DNA from: Escherichia phage phiAPCEc03
Sequence record: NC_047754.1
DNA: 64,000 bases
Direction: 5' to 3' (one strand)
The notes below the pieces were generated by a model. It was not told where the DNA came from. It saw nothing but the letters and a program-made list of their open reading frames with translations, and did not search any database. Positions 47,337 to 57,375 of this stretch are shown here, in pieces (within the stretch, counting starts at the first letter, position 1; each line of letters starts with the position of its first letter). The translations under genes were made by a program, and so were the position numbers.

Positions 47337-49211
47337 TTATTTAGCTCGAATATCCTGATGCTTCACTCTGCCCATCACCTCGTGCTGTTTGCCGGGGTTA
47401 AATGGACGAGCACCCGGATTTCCAAGATACCCACAAACTCTACGAGTTACTTCAAGAGTTTCGGGGTCATGATTACCACAGATAGGGCACTTAAATCCAT
47501 CTTCGGATGCTATTGTTTCACCTAAGAATCCACATTTACCACAAGAATCCACTGGAGTATTAATACCGAAGTAATGAACCTTACTAGCAGCATAATTAAT
47601 AACCCATTCCAGTGCATCTGGGAATCGTTTCATATCCGGTAGTTCTACATAGGAAATGCACCCACCAGAAGCAATCGGAGTAAAGTTAGATTCATAATCA
47701 AATTTTACGTTAGGAGCAACTTTACGTTCCACATCAAGGTGATGAGAGTTAGTGTAGTATCCTTTGGACAGAATATCTTCATGCTCCGAGAAATATTCAC
47801 GGTCTAGACGACAAAAACGGTCACATAGGGATTCTGATGGTGTAGCATACAGGCTATAACCTAACTTAGTTTCTTCCTTCTTCTGATCGACTCTATCCCG
47901 CATGTACTGCAATACACGCTGAACAAACTTGATGCAGGTCTCGGACATTGTGTCTACATCTTTGCCAAACATGAACTGTAGCATTTCATGGCAACCAATA
48001 TACCCTAGAGATACAGAAGCACGGTTATAGAAGTGATCGAATACATATTCATCAGGCTCCAAGCGCAGTCCAAAGGCTCCTGACATATAGAGGATGGGCG
48101 CAGCTTTAGCTTGAATGTATTTTAAGCGATCAACTCTCCACTCCAATGCTTTTAACGCTGTATCCACACGTAGCTCAAGCAAATCAAAGAATAGATCAAT
48201 ATTTCCTTCAGCTTCGATAGCAATTCTAGGCAAGTTTACAGAAACAACACCTAAGTTATTACGACCGGCAGTTTCACCATCTTCTGTAGCAGCTAGGAAT
48301 GAACGGCAGCCCATAGAAACTTTATAGTCGCCAGTAACTTCCACAACCTTGTCATAGCTGATATAATCTGGATACATACGTTCAGACGTACATTTCATAG
48401 CTAACTTCTTGATGTCATAATTAACATCTCCTGGTTTCATGTTAACGCCATCACGAAGCACAAATACTAGTTTCGGGAAGATAGCTGTACGTTTATTGAT
48501 ACCTAAACCATCCATACGTACTTTTAGTATTGCTTTCTGTACTAGACGTGCCTCCCAAGAAGTTCCTAGACCAAAACCAAAGGTAATAAATGGACTCTGA
48601 CCATTAGAGTTGAACATGGTATTGATTTCATATTCTAAACCCTGACAAGCGTCATAGACTTCTTTCTCAGTCATCTCCGTAGCCATTACGGATGCTTTGG
48701 CTTCATCCTTAGTCCAACGTTTTGCAAACGCATGATTTTTGTCATAGGATTTACGAACATAAGGGGCTAATACTTCATCAAGGCGGTCTACAGAAGTACC
48801 ACCATACTGATGGGAGCTAACTTGAGTGATAATCTGAGCAGTAATAGCCGCCGCAGTAGTGATAGAGTTTGGAGTGCTAATTTCAGCATTACCAACCTTC
48901 ATACCATTCTTCAACATATCTTCCAGAGCTACCAGACAACAGTTAGTCATGCCTAATGCAGCATAATCAGCATCATGGAAATGAATATCCCCAATCATAT
49001 GAGCATTTCGAATCTGAATTGGCATTTCTTCTAGAATCAGATACTTACTCAATTCACCTGCAAGCATATCCCTTTGTGTAGGGAAACGTTCTGAGGGTTT
49101 ATTGGCATTATTAAACAGCAGCTCTTCATCTGCTGACCCTTCGATAATCTCTTTGCAGTTTCTAATTAACGCCTGCATTTCTTTATACTTTAGTTCTTCA
49201 TTGCGATTCAT
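47337..49211 (-). CDS. nrdD: Anaerobic ribonucleoside-triphosphate reductase (class III)
   Basis: 624 aa; C-terminal Zn site CGKCGF...CPICGNHD and glycyl-radical motif RVCGYLG. Confidence 0.9.
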   Translation of the reverse strand: MNRNEELKYKEMQALIRNCKEIIEGSADEELLFNNANKPSERFPTQRDMLAGELSKYLILEEMPIQIRNAHMIGDIHFHDADYAALGMTNCCLVALEDMLKNGMKVGNAEISTPNSITTAAAITAQIITQVSSHQYGGTSVDRLDEVLAPYVRKSYDKNHAFAKRWTKDEAKASVMATEMTEKEVYDACQGLEYEINTMFNSNGQSPFITFGFGLGTSWEARLVQKAILKVRMDGLGINKRTAIFPKLVFVLRDGVNMKPGDVNYDIKKLAMKCTSERMYPDYISYDKVVEVTGDYKVSMGCRSFLAATEDGETAGRNNLGVVSVNLPRIAIEAEGNIDLFFDLLELRVDTALKALEWRVDRLKYIQAKAAPILYMSGAFGLRLEPDEYVFDHFYNRASVSLGYIGCHEMLQFMFGKDVDTMSETCIKFVQRVLQYMRDRVDQKKEETKLGYSLYATPSESLCDRFCRLDREYFSEHEDILSKGYYTNSHHLDVERKVAPNVKFDYESNFTPIASGGCISYVELPDMKRFPDALEWVINYAASKVHYFGINTPVDSCGKCGFLGETIASEDGFKCPICGNHDPETLEVTRRVCGYLGNPGARPFNPGKQHEVMGRVKHQDIRAK

Positions 49212-49240
49212 TATACTCTCCTTCTCTAACTAAGACTACT

Positions 49241-49269
49241 ATTATAACTCATTCGAGGGCGGATGTCAA
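49241..49269 (-). promoter_or_regulatory. Promoter for nrdD (- strand)
   Basis: Complement of TATAAT at 49241-49246, 17-bp spacer, complement of consensus TTGACA at 49264-49269. Confidence 0.65.
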
Positions 49270-49320
49270 CAATATTTTACTATAAAGTTCTGTAACATGA
49301 TCTGAGTCAAAAAATTTTAT

Positions 49321-49349
49321 TTGCCAATCTCTATTAAAAATTGTATAAT
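49321..49349 (+). promoter_or_regulatory. T5-type early promoter (+ strand), distal
   Basis: TTGCCA at 49321-49326, 17-bp spacer, TATAAT at 49344-49349. Confidence 0.6.
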
Positions 49350-49461
49350 CACGCACTCGTGTACGCGATATAAAATGATTATCTAGTATCACACATCTCA
49401 CGTTAAAAGCAAGCAAATTTTTTATTTAAATGCAATATCATAGGCTTATTTAAAATTGTAG

Positions 49462-49490
49462 TTGCTTTTTACTGTATATATTGGTATAAT
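49462..49490 (+). promoter_or_regulatory. T5-type early promoter (+ strand) for phoH
   Basis: TTGCTT at 49462-49467, 17-bp spacer, TATAAT at 49485-49490. Confidence 0.65.
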
Positions 49491-49554
49491 ATATTTGTAA
49501 GTTGATAAACAAGATCTTTTTGTTGATCCTCTGTTAGCGAAGTACACTATAGGA

Positions 49555-50316
49555 GTGTTATTTATGGGAAAAGCACGTCAAAAAAGAGAGAACCGCAATG
49601 GTTCAAGAAAGCGTGGCAACAAATATGAGAACAACGTAATTCAGGCTGATTTTTCTAATGATTACGCTAATCCAGTTGCTAAATCCCTAGTAGGTAAAAA
49701 CCGCGAGCAAAAATCATATATCAATATGATCAAGAACAACACAGTGACCGTGGGTATCGGTGAGCCGGGTACTGGTAAAACCTTTATTCCGTCCGTTCTT
49801 GCAGCTCAGGAACTCGTAGACATTCACTCAGATATTGAGCAAGTGATTCTCGTACGTCCTAATGAACCTCTAGGTAAGTCTCTTGGTATGCTTCCTGGTG
49901 ATCTAGCGGAAAAGCTAGAGCCTTGGTTGGAGCCAATAGCTGATGGTATGAAATGGGCCATCGGCGATCATGCATATAAAGGATATGTCGAACGTCAGAA
50001 AATTAAATTTTTGGCTGTCGAACATGCTCGTGGCAGAACTTTCAACAACTCCTATGTAATTGTCGATGAAGCTCAGAATATTTCCGTTGAGGCAATGATT
50101 TGTCTCCTAACTCGTGTAGGACAAGACTGCCGTTTAATTATCTGCGGAGATATAGCTCAGAAAGACATTAAAGGTGACTCAGGTCTAGCACTCCTTATGG
50201 AAGTCTATGAAAAATACGAAAATGCCCCATTCTCAATGATCGAATTGGTTGATAACGTTCGTTCTGTTGAGTCTAAAGCATTCTATGATATTTTTAAAGA
50301 CATGGGGAAGGTGTAA
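49555..50316 (+). CDS. phoH: PhoH-like ATPase
   Basis: 253 aa; Walker A GEPGTGKT, Walker B-like VIVDEAQN. Confidence 0.85.
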   Translation: MLFMGKARQKRENRNGSRKRGNKYENNVIQADFSNDYANPVAKSLVGKNREQKSYINMIKNNTVTVGIGEPGTGKTFIPSVLAAQELVDIHSDIEQVILVRPNEPLGKSLGMLPGDLAEKLEPWLEPIADGMKWAIGDHAYKGYVERQKIKFLAVEHARGRTFNNSYVIVDEAQNISVEAMICLLTRVGQDCRLIICGDIAQKDIKGDSGLALLMEVYEKYENAPFSMIELVDNVRSVESKAFYDIFKDMGKV

Positions 50317-50317
50317 T

Positions 50318-50539
50318 ATGGGAAACGTCGTTCATCTGAGCCGTAAAACTAAAATACATCGTACCTCACTGAGTGCTGCTAATATGATTACACGTAAAGA
50401 AGGGGAAGAAAGTCCTAAGACAACCCTAGCGTGGAAAATTGTAACCTCAAATCCAAATAAACCATTCAATTATAACGAGCTGAGCACCTCTATAGATATT
50501 CTATTAAAAGAAGTAGCTAGAGCTAAAGTAATTGAATAA
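50318..50539 (+). CDS. Hypothetical small protein
   Basis: ATG at 50318 overlaps phoH stop (TAATATG); 73 aa. Confidence 0.45.
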   Translation: MGNVVHLSRKTKIHRTSLSAANMITRKEGEESPKTTLAWKIVTSNPNKPFNYNELSTSIDILLKEVARAKVIE

Positions 50540-50614
50540 GCTAAAAAGCTAGACTGGTAGTATACAGGGCCTGGGTATGAAAATACTCGGGCCTTTTCTA
50601 TCAGAAAATTTTAT

Positions 50615-50643
50615 TTGCCTAATGACCAATAATAATGTAGAAT
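50615..50643 (+). promoter_or_regulatory. Promoter for nrdA
   Basis: TTGCCT at 50615-50620, 17-bp spacer, TAGAAT at 50638-50643. Confidence 0.55.
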
Positions 50644-50681
50644 ATTCCTTAAATCCTGATAACTATAAAAAGGAAAGCCAA

Positions 50682-53012
50682 ATGAGCCATCGCATTGAAA
50701 AAGTAATTAAACGTGACGGTACTGTAGAAGACTTTGCTCCTGAAAAACTCAATGGTTGGGCAGAGTATGGTTGCAAAACAGTTGATGTAAGTTGGTCAGC
50801 CATTACTATGGCTGCTCAAAAAACTCTGCCTAAAGGGGTTGTAGATTCCGACACTCTGATGGATGCATTAATTAAAGCTGCTGAAAGTCTTATTAAAGAT
50901 AATCCAGCATACGATGTGCCAGCAAAGGAATTACGTCTTGCGCAAATGCGTAAGCGCCTTTATGACTCTTTCGAACCACCTTCTCTACGCTTCTTCCATG
51001 ATCATATGGTTAGTGTAGGTGCATGGGAAGACATGAGTGCATGGATTACCGATGAGCAGTTTGAGGCTTTGAATCAGGTTATTGACCATGATCGTGACCG
51101 TCTTTTCACTAGTGGAGGACTGAAACAATTCTTTGATAAGTATTCTCGCCGTAATATAGCAACTGGAGAAATTTACGAAACTCCGCAATTCGCCTATATG
51201 GGTATGGCAATGGCGATGTTATCTCAACCTAACTGGACAATTCTAGATGCAATCGACCTCTACAATGCAATGTCGCTCCACAAAATCAACGTTCCTACGC
51301 CGCCATTGGTTGGCTTGCGCTCTAGTGATCGTGGATTTGCTAGTTGTTGCCTCGTTGATTCCACTGACACATTGGATTCAATCGACACGGCCGAACACAT
51401 CGTCTTCAAAATGGTTGCAGCCAGAGCGGGAATCGGGTATCATCTTGAAAGCCGATCAATTGCTGATCCGGTGCGAAATGGGGCATTCCCGCATTCCGGA
51501 AAACTGCCATATTATCGACACATTGACCGCTCAGTAAAGGCCAATACTCAGCAAACTCGTGGTGGTTCTGCTACAGTGTCTTATCCATACTTTGATCCTG
51601 AGATCATTCAATTGATGCAGGTTAAGCAACAACGTGCTACAGATGAGAATAAAATCGATAAGATGGATTATTCTCTGAGCTTCAACAATCTTTTACTAAA
51701 ACGTTATCTGAAAAATGAAGATATTACGCTAATGTCATACTTCTATGCTCCAGAAGTTCATGAAGCGTTTTATAGTGATGACGAGGCTAAATTTGAAGAA
51801 ATCTATGTGGCAGCGGAGAAACGTGTGGCATCTCTTACAAAGATCGACCACGAAGGAAAAACAGTTCCAGCAGCTCCTAAAGTCTCTGCAAAAGAAATCC
51901 TAGATACTTGGCTACGTATCCGCATGGAAACAGGACGTATGTATGCACACCACATTGCAGAATCTAATCGTCATGGTAACTTCCTTGACCAGATTCGTAT
52001 GACTAACCTTTGTGTTGAAATTACTCAACCTACACGTCCATTCCATCACATTACAGAACTGTATAAGACAAAAGAGCAGCTTGATCAAATGAAGCCGGAG
52101 GATATTGGTGAAGTATCTCTGTGTAACTTAGGGGGTGTTGTACTTGGACGCATGGAATCTCTGGCTGAGTGGGAAAAAACTTGCTACATCCTTCTGAAAT
52201 TCGTTGATACAATTATCGAAATTCAGGATTATCCGTTCCCAACTATGGAATATACGGCTAAGAAACGTCGTAATGTTGGTATTGGCCTAATGAACGCAGC
52301 AGGTGCAATGGCCGCAGAAGGTCTGGCTTATGAAGGTATTGAAGCCCGTAACTGGATTCACCGTGAGGCTGAAAAACTGTCCTACTTCCTGCATAAAGCC
52401 TCTGTACGCCTAGCTAAAGAACAGGGTGCATGTGAGTGGTTCGATCGTACTAAACCATCTAAAGGAATTCTGGTAATCGACACGTACAAGAAAACTGTTG
52501 ATGAACTGGTATCCGTAGGTCTAGAAATGGATTGGGAGTCTCTACGTGCAGATATTTTGAAATATGGTATGCGTAACTCTGTTCTGACTGCTCAGATGCC
52601 GGGAGAAAGTTCTTCTGTTCTGTTAGGTGTTACTAACTCTATCGAACCACCACGTAAGATTGTATCTATCAAGGGTAGTGCAGTGAATAAAGTAATTGCA
52701 ATTGCTCCAGGTGCAACCGATTGGGAAACGTTAATGAGCTATAAACTGGCTTATGATGTAGATCGTATCGAGTGGATCAAATGGGTAGCAACTATGCAGA
52801 AATTCTTCAGTCAGTCTATCAGTACGAATATGTACTATGACTACACCAAGTTTGAGAATGAAATCATTCCTGGCCCAGTAGTAGTTCGTGATTTCATGAC
52901 TGCTGTTAAGTATGGGTGGAAAACTTGGTATTATGCTAACTTCAACACTGCAAATGGTGGAGGTGCTGGAGAAGAAGCAGCCGGTTGTGCATCCGGTGGT
53001 TGTACTATTTAA
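50682..53012 (+). CDS. nrdA: Ribonucleotide reductase class Ia, large subunit
   Basis: ATP-cone N-terminus (HRIEKVIKRDGTVEDF), catalytic core with NLCVEI and C-terminal Cys pair CASGGC; start set at ATG 50682 with SD AAGGAAAG. Confidence 0.9.
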   Translation: MSHRIEKVIKRDGTVEDFAPEKLNGWAEYGCKTVDVSWSAITMAAQKTLPKGVVDSDTLMDALIKAAESLIKDNPAYDVPAKELRLAQMRKRLYDSFEPPSLRFFHDHMVSVGAWEDMSAWITDEQFEALNQVIDHDRDRLFTSGGLKQFFDKYSRRNIATGEIYETPQFAYMGMAMAMLSQPNWTILDAIDLYNAMSLHKINVPTPPLVGLRSSDRGFASCCLVDSTDTLDSIDTAEHIVFKMVAARAGIGYHLESRSIADPVRNGAFPHSGKLPYYRHIDRSVKANTQQTRGGSATVSYPYFDPEIIQLMQVKQQRATDENKIDKMDYSLSFNNLLLKRYLKNEDITLMSYFYAPEVHEAFYSDDEAKFEEIYVAAEKRVASLTKIDHEGKTVPAAPKVSAKEILDTWLRIRMETGRMYAHHIAESNRHGNFLDQIRMTNLCVEITQPTRPFHHITELYKTKEQLDQMKPEDIGEVSLCNLGGVVLGRMESLAEWEKTCYILLKFVDTIIEIQDYPFPTMEYTAKKRRNVGIGLMNAAGAMAAEGLAYEGIEARNWIHREAEKLSYFLHKASVRLAKEQGACEWFDRTKPSKGILVIDTYKKTVDELVSVGLEMDWESLRADILKYGMRNSVLTAQMPGESSSVLLGVTNSIEPPRKIVSIKGSAVNKVIAIAPGATDWETLMSYKLAYDVDRIEWIKWVATMQKFFSQSISTNMYYDYTKFENEIIPGPVVVRDFMTAVKYGWKTWYYANFNTANGGGAGEEAAGCASGGCTI

Positions 53013-53020
53013 TAAAAACA

Positions 53021-53047
53021 AGGAGATCTTCGGGTCTCCTTTTTCTT
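53021..53047 (+). terminator. Rho-independent terminator after nrdA
   Basis: Hairpin GGAGA-TCTTCGGG-TCTCC followed by TTTTTCTTT. Confidence 0.75.
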
Positions 53048-53058
53048 TGAAATTTTAC

Positions 53059-53087
53059 TTGCTAATCGCTATCAGATTTGCTATAAT
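53059..53087 (+). promoter_or_regulatory. T5-type early promoter
   Basis: TTGCTA at 53059-53064, 17-bp spacer, TATAAT at 53082-53087. Confidence 0.7.
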
Positions 53088-53113
53088 ATCTCCATTAGTT
53101 AAGGAGATTAGTT

Positions 53114-53629
53114 TTGATAACACAAGATGAATTAAAAAGGATTCTGGAGTATAATCCAGATGAAGGAACATTTACTTGGTTAAATAACCAAGAAGTACAC
53201 AATAAAGTAAGAGGACTACCTGCTGGTTGTTTAAAACCACACTCAGTAGACCCTAACCGAAAAGACTTAGTGATACAAATCAAGGGTAAGAAGTACCCTG
53301 CACAAAATATTGCTTTCCTGTACATGACAGGAAACTTACCTAAAGTTATGGTTGACCATATAGATGGAGATTCACTAAACTATAAGTGGACTAACCTAAG
53401 AGAAGCAGACTGGCAGTTAAATAGTCAAAATAGAAAAACCAGTAAAAACAATATATTGGGTACTAAGAATATTCGGAAGAAAGGGTCTGGATTTCAAGTT
53501 AGAAAATCTATTAACGGAAAAGAATACGTGAAAACTCTTCCAACTCTAGAAGAGGCAATAGAGTATCGAGATTCTTTAATCCTCTCTATAACCAAAGATC
53601 CAACACTACTTAGAAACACAGATAAATAG
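53114..53629 (+). CDS. HNH homing endonuclease with AP2-like domain, inserted between nrdA and nrdB
   Basis: HNH motif VDHIDGDSLNYKWTNLREADWQLN; AP2-like GSGFQVRKSINGKEYV. Confidence 0.8.
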   Translation: MITQDELKRILEYNPDEGTFTWLNNQEVHNKVRGLPAGCLKPHSVDPNRKDLVIQIKGKKYPAQNIAFLYMTGNLPKVMVDHIDGDSLNYKWTNLREADWQLNSQNRKTSKNNILGTKNIRKKGSGFQVRKSINGKEYVKTLPTLEEAIEYRDSLILSITKDPTLLRNTDK

Positions 53630-53637
53630 GAGAACTA

Positions 53638-54783
53638 ATGACAACTTTACTTAACTTAAACTGGGATCATACCAATAAAGATCTATTTCTCGGTGATTCT
53701 CTTGGTATTGCAGATTATGTACGAGTAGCCCATCCAGAGCTGGAAAGGCTGGCGTTATTAGCTCGCTCTCAATTTTGGACTGAAACTGAAATCAGTCTGG
53801 AAGCAGATAAGAAACAATGGCCCAACCTCCCACGTGAAATTCAGGAAATTACACTCCTGAACTTAGCATGGCAGACCCAAACAGATTCTTTCATTAGTCG
53901 CGCACCTGAAGCAGCTATTATGCCGCTTGTAAGCCGCCCTGAACTGGAAGGAATGCTAAAACAGTGGAGCTACTTCGAAGACCTGCATAGCCGTGCGTAT
54001 AGCAACATTATCCGTAATGTGCTGACTGATCCGGCAGAATTTATTGATTCTGTAACTAAAAACCAAGAAGCATTTGCACGTATCGCAGATTCTGTTGAAC
54101 TGTTTGATGAACTGTACCAGTTAGGTCAGTATTTCATTGCAGTACGTGATCATCGTGGTGACAATACATATCCAGAAACTGAGTTCCCTGAAGTTAAGCG
54201 TGAAACTCAGGCTAAACTGTTAGATGCTTATTTTGCAATCTACGGTCTGGAAGCAATGCAGTTCTACGCATCCTTTGCATGTACCTTTGCGTTAGCAGAG
54301 AACGATATTCTGCAAGGTATTGCTAAAAATCTGCAATTGATTGCTAAAGATGAAGCCCTACATACTCAGATGTCTAAAACAATCATCCAGATTATGTTCC
54401 AGCAGTTTGACAAAGATCTGGTAGATGAAGCAGTGGCTAAAGCACCAGCACAGCTCCTGAAAACTCTGAAAACTGAAATTGAATGGGGTCATTTCATTTT
54501 CAAAGGTCGTAGTCTGATTGGCTTGAATGCAGAACTTCTAGAAGAATATCTGTACTTTGTGGGGCGCAATGCATTTATGCACATCGGTGTAGAATGGCCA
54601 AGTAATCTGCCGGTAATCACCAAAAACCCTATTCCGTGGATCATGAACTGGTTGGATACTACTTCTCTACAGCCTGCTCCGCAAGAAATCCAGATTGGTG
54701 CAGCTTACCGTGTAGGTCAGGTAACTGAGACCTCTACTGATACTCTGAAAGATCTGGGTAATGAATTTGGAGATTTCTTATGA
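53638..54783 (+). CDS. nrdB: Ribonucleotide reductase class Ia, small subunit
   Basis: 381 aa; di-iron/tyrosyl radical motifs (EDLHSRAYS, FYASF, KDEALH). Confidence 0.9.
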   Translation: MTTLLNLNWDHTNKDLFLGDSLGIADYVRVAHPELERLALLARSQFWTETEISLEADKKQWPNLPREIQEITLLNLAWQTQTDSFISRAPEAAIMPLVSRPELEGMLKQWSYFEDLHSRAYSNIIRNVLTDPAEFIDSVTKNQEAFARIADSVELFDELYQLGQYFIAVRDHRGDNTYPETEFPEVKRETQAKLLDAYFAIYGLEAMQFYASFACTFALAENDILQGIAKNLQLIAKDEALHTQMSKTIIQIMFQQFDKDLVDEAVAKAPAQLLKTLKTEIEWGHFIFKGRSLIGLNAELLEEYLYFVGRNAFMHIGVEWPSNLPVITKNPIPWIMNWLDTTSLQPAPQEIQIGAAYRVGQVTETSTDTLKDLGNEFGDFL

Positions 54784-55313
54784 TTACAGCAATATATGCA
54801 GTTGGGCCGAATGGGGAGTTCGGCCTCCGCGGTAAACTTCCATGGGGTTCCTTCAAAGAAGAACTAGATGCTTTCTATTCTCAACTGGACGTGTTGAATC
54901 CAGATAACATCATCATTGGTGCTGGTACTTATTTAGCTCTTCCATACGCCGTTAGGGAACGTATGATTGGAGCTTCTGATCTATTTATTCGTGCTGATCG
55001 TCCACTGCCAGACGATATTACACATGATATTTACACCCCAATTTCTAAGATTGGGGATACATTGCCCACGTTCTTAAAAGATCAACAGACAGTGGTTTTA
55101 GGTGGCGCAACATTACTGTACGAAATGTATATTCATGGTCATATTGAAAGTGCTTTCGTATCCACAATCTTTAGTAATCAAAAACTAGAGGCAGATGTAC
55201 ATCTGGATAATACGATTCTAGATTACAACTATGAATCTACTCGTTTAGTTTACGCAACTGGCGCAAACAGTGATAACAGCCTGCGATTTGTACAGGAATT
55301 GGTTACTTATTAA
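54780..55313 (+). CDS. frd: Dihydrofolate reductase
   Basis: 177 aa; N-terminus ITAIYAVGPNGEFGLRGKLPW; start overlaps nrdB stop (ATGA). Confidence 0.85.
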   Translation: MITAIYAVGPNGEFGLRGKLPWGSFKEELDAFYSQLDVLNPDNIIIGAGTYLALPYAVRERMIGASDLFIRADRPLPDDITHDIYTPISKIGDTLPTFLKDQQTVVLGGATLLYEMYIHGHIESAFVSTIFSNQKLEADVHLDNTILDYNYESTRLVYATGANSDNSLRFVQELVTY

Positions 55314-56152
55314 TGCAACAATACTTAAAAATTTTGACAGATGTAATTTTACTAGGTGAACCCCGTAATGACCGTACAGGAACAGGCACAGTTTCAATTT
55401 TTGATTCCTATGCTAAGTTCGATCTACGTGAGGGATTCCCTGCCGTAACCACTAAACGTCTAGCTTGGAAATCGGTAGTTGGAGAACTCTTATGGTTCCT
55501 ATCTGGGTCTACAAATCTCCATGATCTGCGTATATTCACATTTGGGCGTGACGAAGGACAGTGGACTATCTGGACCCCAAATTATGAAGACCAAGCTATA
55601 AGCATGGGTTATGCCAATGGTAATCTAGGACCAGTATATGGTAAACAATGGCGCAACTTTGGCGGACGAGATCAGATTTTAGAACTCATTGAGGGACTCA
55701 AGAATAATCCACATGGTCGTAGACACCTAGTATCTGCATGGAACGTTGCTGAACTGGATAAGATGGCACTACCACCATGTCATTATGGTTTTCAGTGTTA
55801 CGTAAGTAATGATGGATACTTAGATCTTAAATGGACACAACGTTCTGTAGACTGTTTTCTAGGCCTACCTTTCAATATTGCTAGTTATGCTTTATTAACG
55901 CACATATTAGCAAAACTGACAGGATTAAAACCTCGTTATCTTATCTTTAGTGGCGGTGATACTCATATCTATAATGACCACATGGAACAGGTAGAAGAAC
56001 AGGTAAAACGTAAACCTCGTCCTCTACCGACTCTAGTAATGCCAGAATTTGTAGATTTTTACGACTTACTAGAAAATAATACGGCAGCTTGGTCATTCCA
56101 TTTAGAGGGGTACGATCCTCATCCAGCTCTTAAAGCTAAAATGTCCTCTTAA
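55313..56152 (+). CDS. thyA: Thymidylate synthase
   Basis: 279 aa; signature DRTGTGTVSIFD, active-site region LPPCHYGFQCYV. Confidence 0.9.
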   Translation: MQQYLKILTDVILLGEPRNDRTGTGTVSIFDSYAKFDLREGFPAVTTKRLAWKSVVGELLWFLSGSTNLHDLRIFTFGRDEGQWTIWTPNYEDQAISMGYANGNLGPVYGKQWRNFGGRDQILELIEGLKNNPHGRRHLVSAWNVAELDKMALPPCHYGFQCYVSNDGYLDLKWTQRSVDCFLGLPFNIASYALLTHILAKLTGLKPRYLIFSGGDTHIYNDHMEQVEEQVKRKPRPLPTLVMPEFVDFYDLLENNTAAWSFHLEGYDPHPALKAKMSS

Positions 56153-56157
56153 CTTAA

Positions 56158-56175
56158 ATAGCCCTTCGGGGCTAT
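56158..56175 (+). terminator. Rho-independent terminator after thyA
   Basis: Hairpin AGCCC-TTCG-GGGCT followed by AT-rich tract. Confidence 0.6.
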
Positions 56176-56191
56176 TATATTTAAATTTCAT

Positions 56192-56220
56192 TTGCTTATT
56201 TAGTGAAATTTAAATATAAT
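56192..56220 (+). promoter_or_regulatory. T5-type early promoter
   Basis: TTGCTT at 56192-56197, 17-bp spacer, TATAAT at 56215-56220. Confidence 0.7.
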
Positions 56221-56245
56221 ATATTTTATAAATTGGAGGTATACA

Positions 56246-56527
56246 ATGATTTCAGCCAAAGAAGCCCAAGAACTTGCAGGATTAACAGAAGTACCCGCAT
56301 TTCTAAAGTTTATAGAAGAAAAGATTGTAGAAGCTGCTAAGTCTGGAAATACAGAAGTAATTATTCGAGATAATCCTTACGCTAGGTGGTTATATAATCC
56401 TAGAGAAATGCCAGGAGCAGCTAAATCGGTACTAAAAACCTTATCGGATAAGGGGTATCATCTCTCACAATACTACCGAGAAGCCGCCTTTGTAGACATG
56501 GGTCTTAAAATTAGTTGGGAGGTATAA
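56246..56527 (+). CDS. Hypothetical protein
   Basis: 93 aa ORF with SD GGAGGT upstream. Confidence 0.5.
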   Translation: MISAKEAQELAGLTEVPAFLKFIEEKIVEAAKSGNTEVIIRDNPYARWLYNPREMPGAAKSVLKTLSDKGYHLSQYYREAAFVDMGLKISWEV

Positions 56528-57003
56528 TGTCGGTTTTCCACATTTATACAGATGGTGCTTGTAAGTCTAACCCAGGTCCAGGTGCTTGGGGTTTTATTGT
56601 CTATGATGATAACGACGATCGTTTAGGTTCTAAATCTGGTTATAATCCTAAAACTACAAATAATGAGATGGAACTCACAGCTATCGTAGAAGCCCTACGT
56701 TGGTCTGTTAAAAAAGATAATAGACCAATTGCTATCTATACTGACTCTGCTTATTGCAAAAATGGTATGGAAAGTTGGATGTTTTCTTGGCAAAGGAAAG
56801 GCTGGAAGAAAGCAGATGGTGAAGTTCCTCTTAATCTAGAACTTTGGCAGGAAGCATTTAAATTAACACAGCAGTATATCAACTTTCATAATACTAATCC
56901 TACCTTTATTAAGGTTAAAGGGCATTCTGGTATTAGTGGTAATGAAGCTGTAGATGCCTTATGTAATACAGTTATTACTGAAGCTGAAATGGCTGAGATG
57001 TGA
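56527..57003 (+). CDS. rnhA: Ribonuclease H (RNase HI-like)
   Basis: Motifs IYTDGAC, ELTAIVEAL, IYTDS, final VKGHSG...NE.D; start set at ATG 56527 overlapping upstream stop (TAATG). Confidence 0.85.
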   Translation: MSVFHIYTDGACKSNPGPGAWGFIVYDDNDDRLGSKSGYNPKTTNNEMELTAIVEALRWSVKKDNRPIAIYTDSAYCKNGMESWMFSWQRKGWKKADGEVPLNLELWQEAFKLTQQYINFHNTNPTFIKVKGHSGISGNEAVDALCNTVITEAEMAEM

Positions 57004-57024
57004 TAAATAAATTAAAAAATTTTC

Positions 57025-57053
57025 TTGCTTAAAGCCCTCTAATTTAGTATAAT
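57025..57053 (+). promoter_or_regulatory. T5-type early promoter
   Basis: TTGCTT at 57025-57030, 17-bp spacer, TATAAT at 57048-57053. Confidence 0.7.
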
Positions 57054-57080
57054 ATTCGTATTGAAAGTGAGGAGGGCTTT

Positions 57081-57359
57081 ATGCGGATTTATAACCCAAA
57101 TTCACTAGGATTTAAACCATTGAGAAAACGTGCACAATCACCCCGTCAGATAAGAAAGGCTAATATTGGTGAGCCAGAAACACGTCTTCCACCTCCTCCA
57201 GAACAACGTTTAGTTTATCTGGACGAAGAATTAGCTGAACGCGAAAGAAAAGCTCAAGAAGAGATTGAGCGTAAGAAAATGTGTACTGCTCCAGCGTATA
57301 ATAAAGGAGCGTATCAATATGTCTCAGATGCCGAACAAGCTAAGATGGTTGGTAGATAA
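57081..57359 (+). CDS. Hypothetical protein
   Basis: 92 aa ORF, SD GAGGAGGG upstream. Confidence 0.5.
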   Translation: MRIYNPNSLGFKPLRKRAQSPRQIRKANIGEPETRLPPPPEQRLVYLDEELAERERKAQEEIERKKMCTAPAYNKGAYQYVSDAEQAKMVGR

Positions 57360-57375
57360 TTTTTAAAAAATTCAT

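Noticed and set aside
57031-57080. Inverted repeat AAGCCCTC...GAGGGCTT flanking the -10 of the promoter at 57025-57053
   Set aside because: The 5' arm lies upstream of the predicted transcription start, so it cannot form in the mRNA; could be an operator but the evidence is too thin to call.
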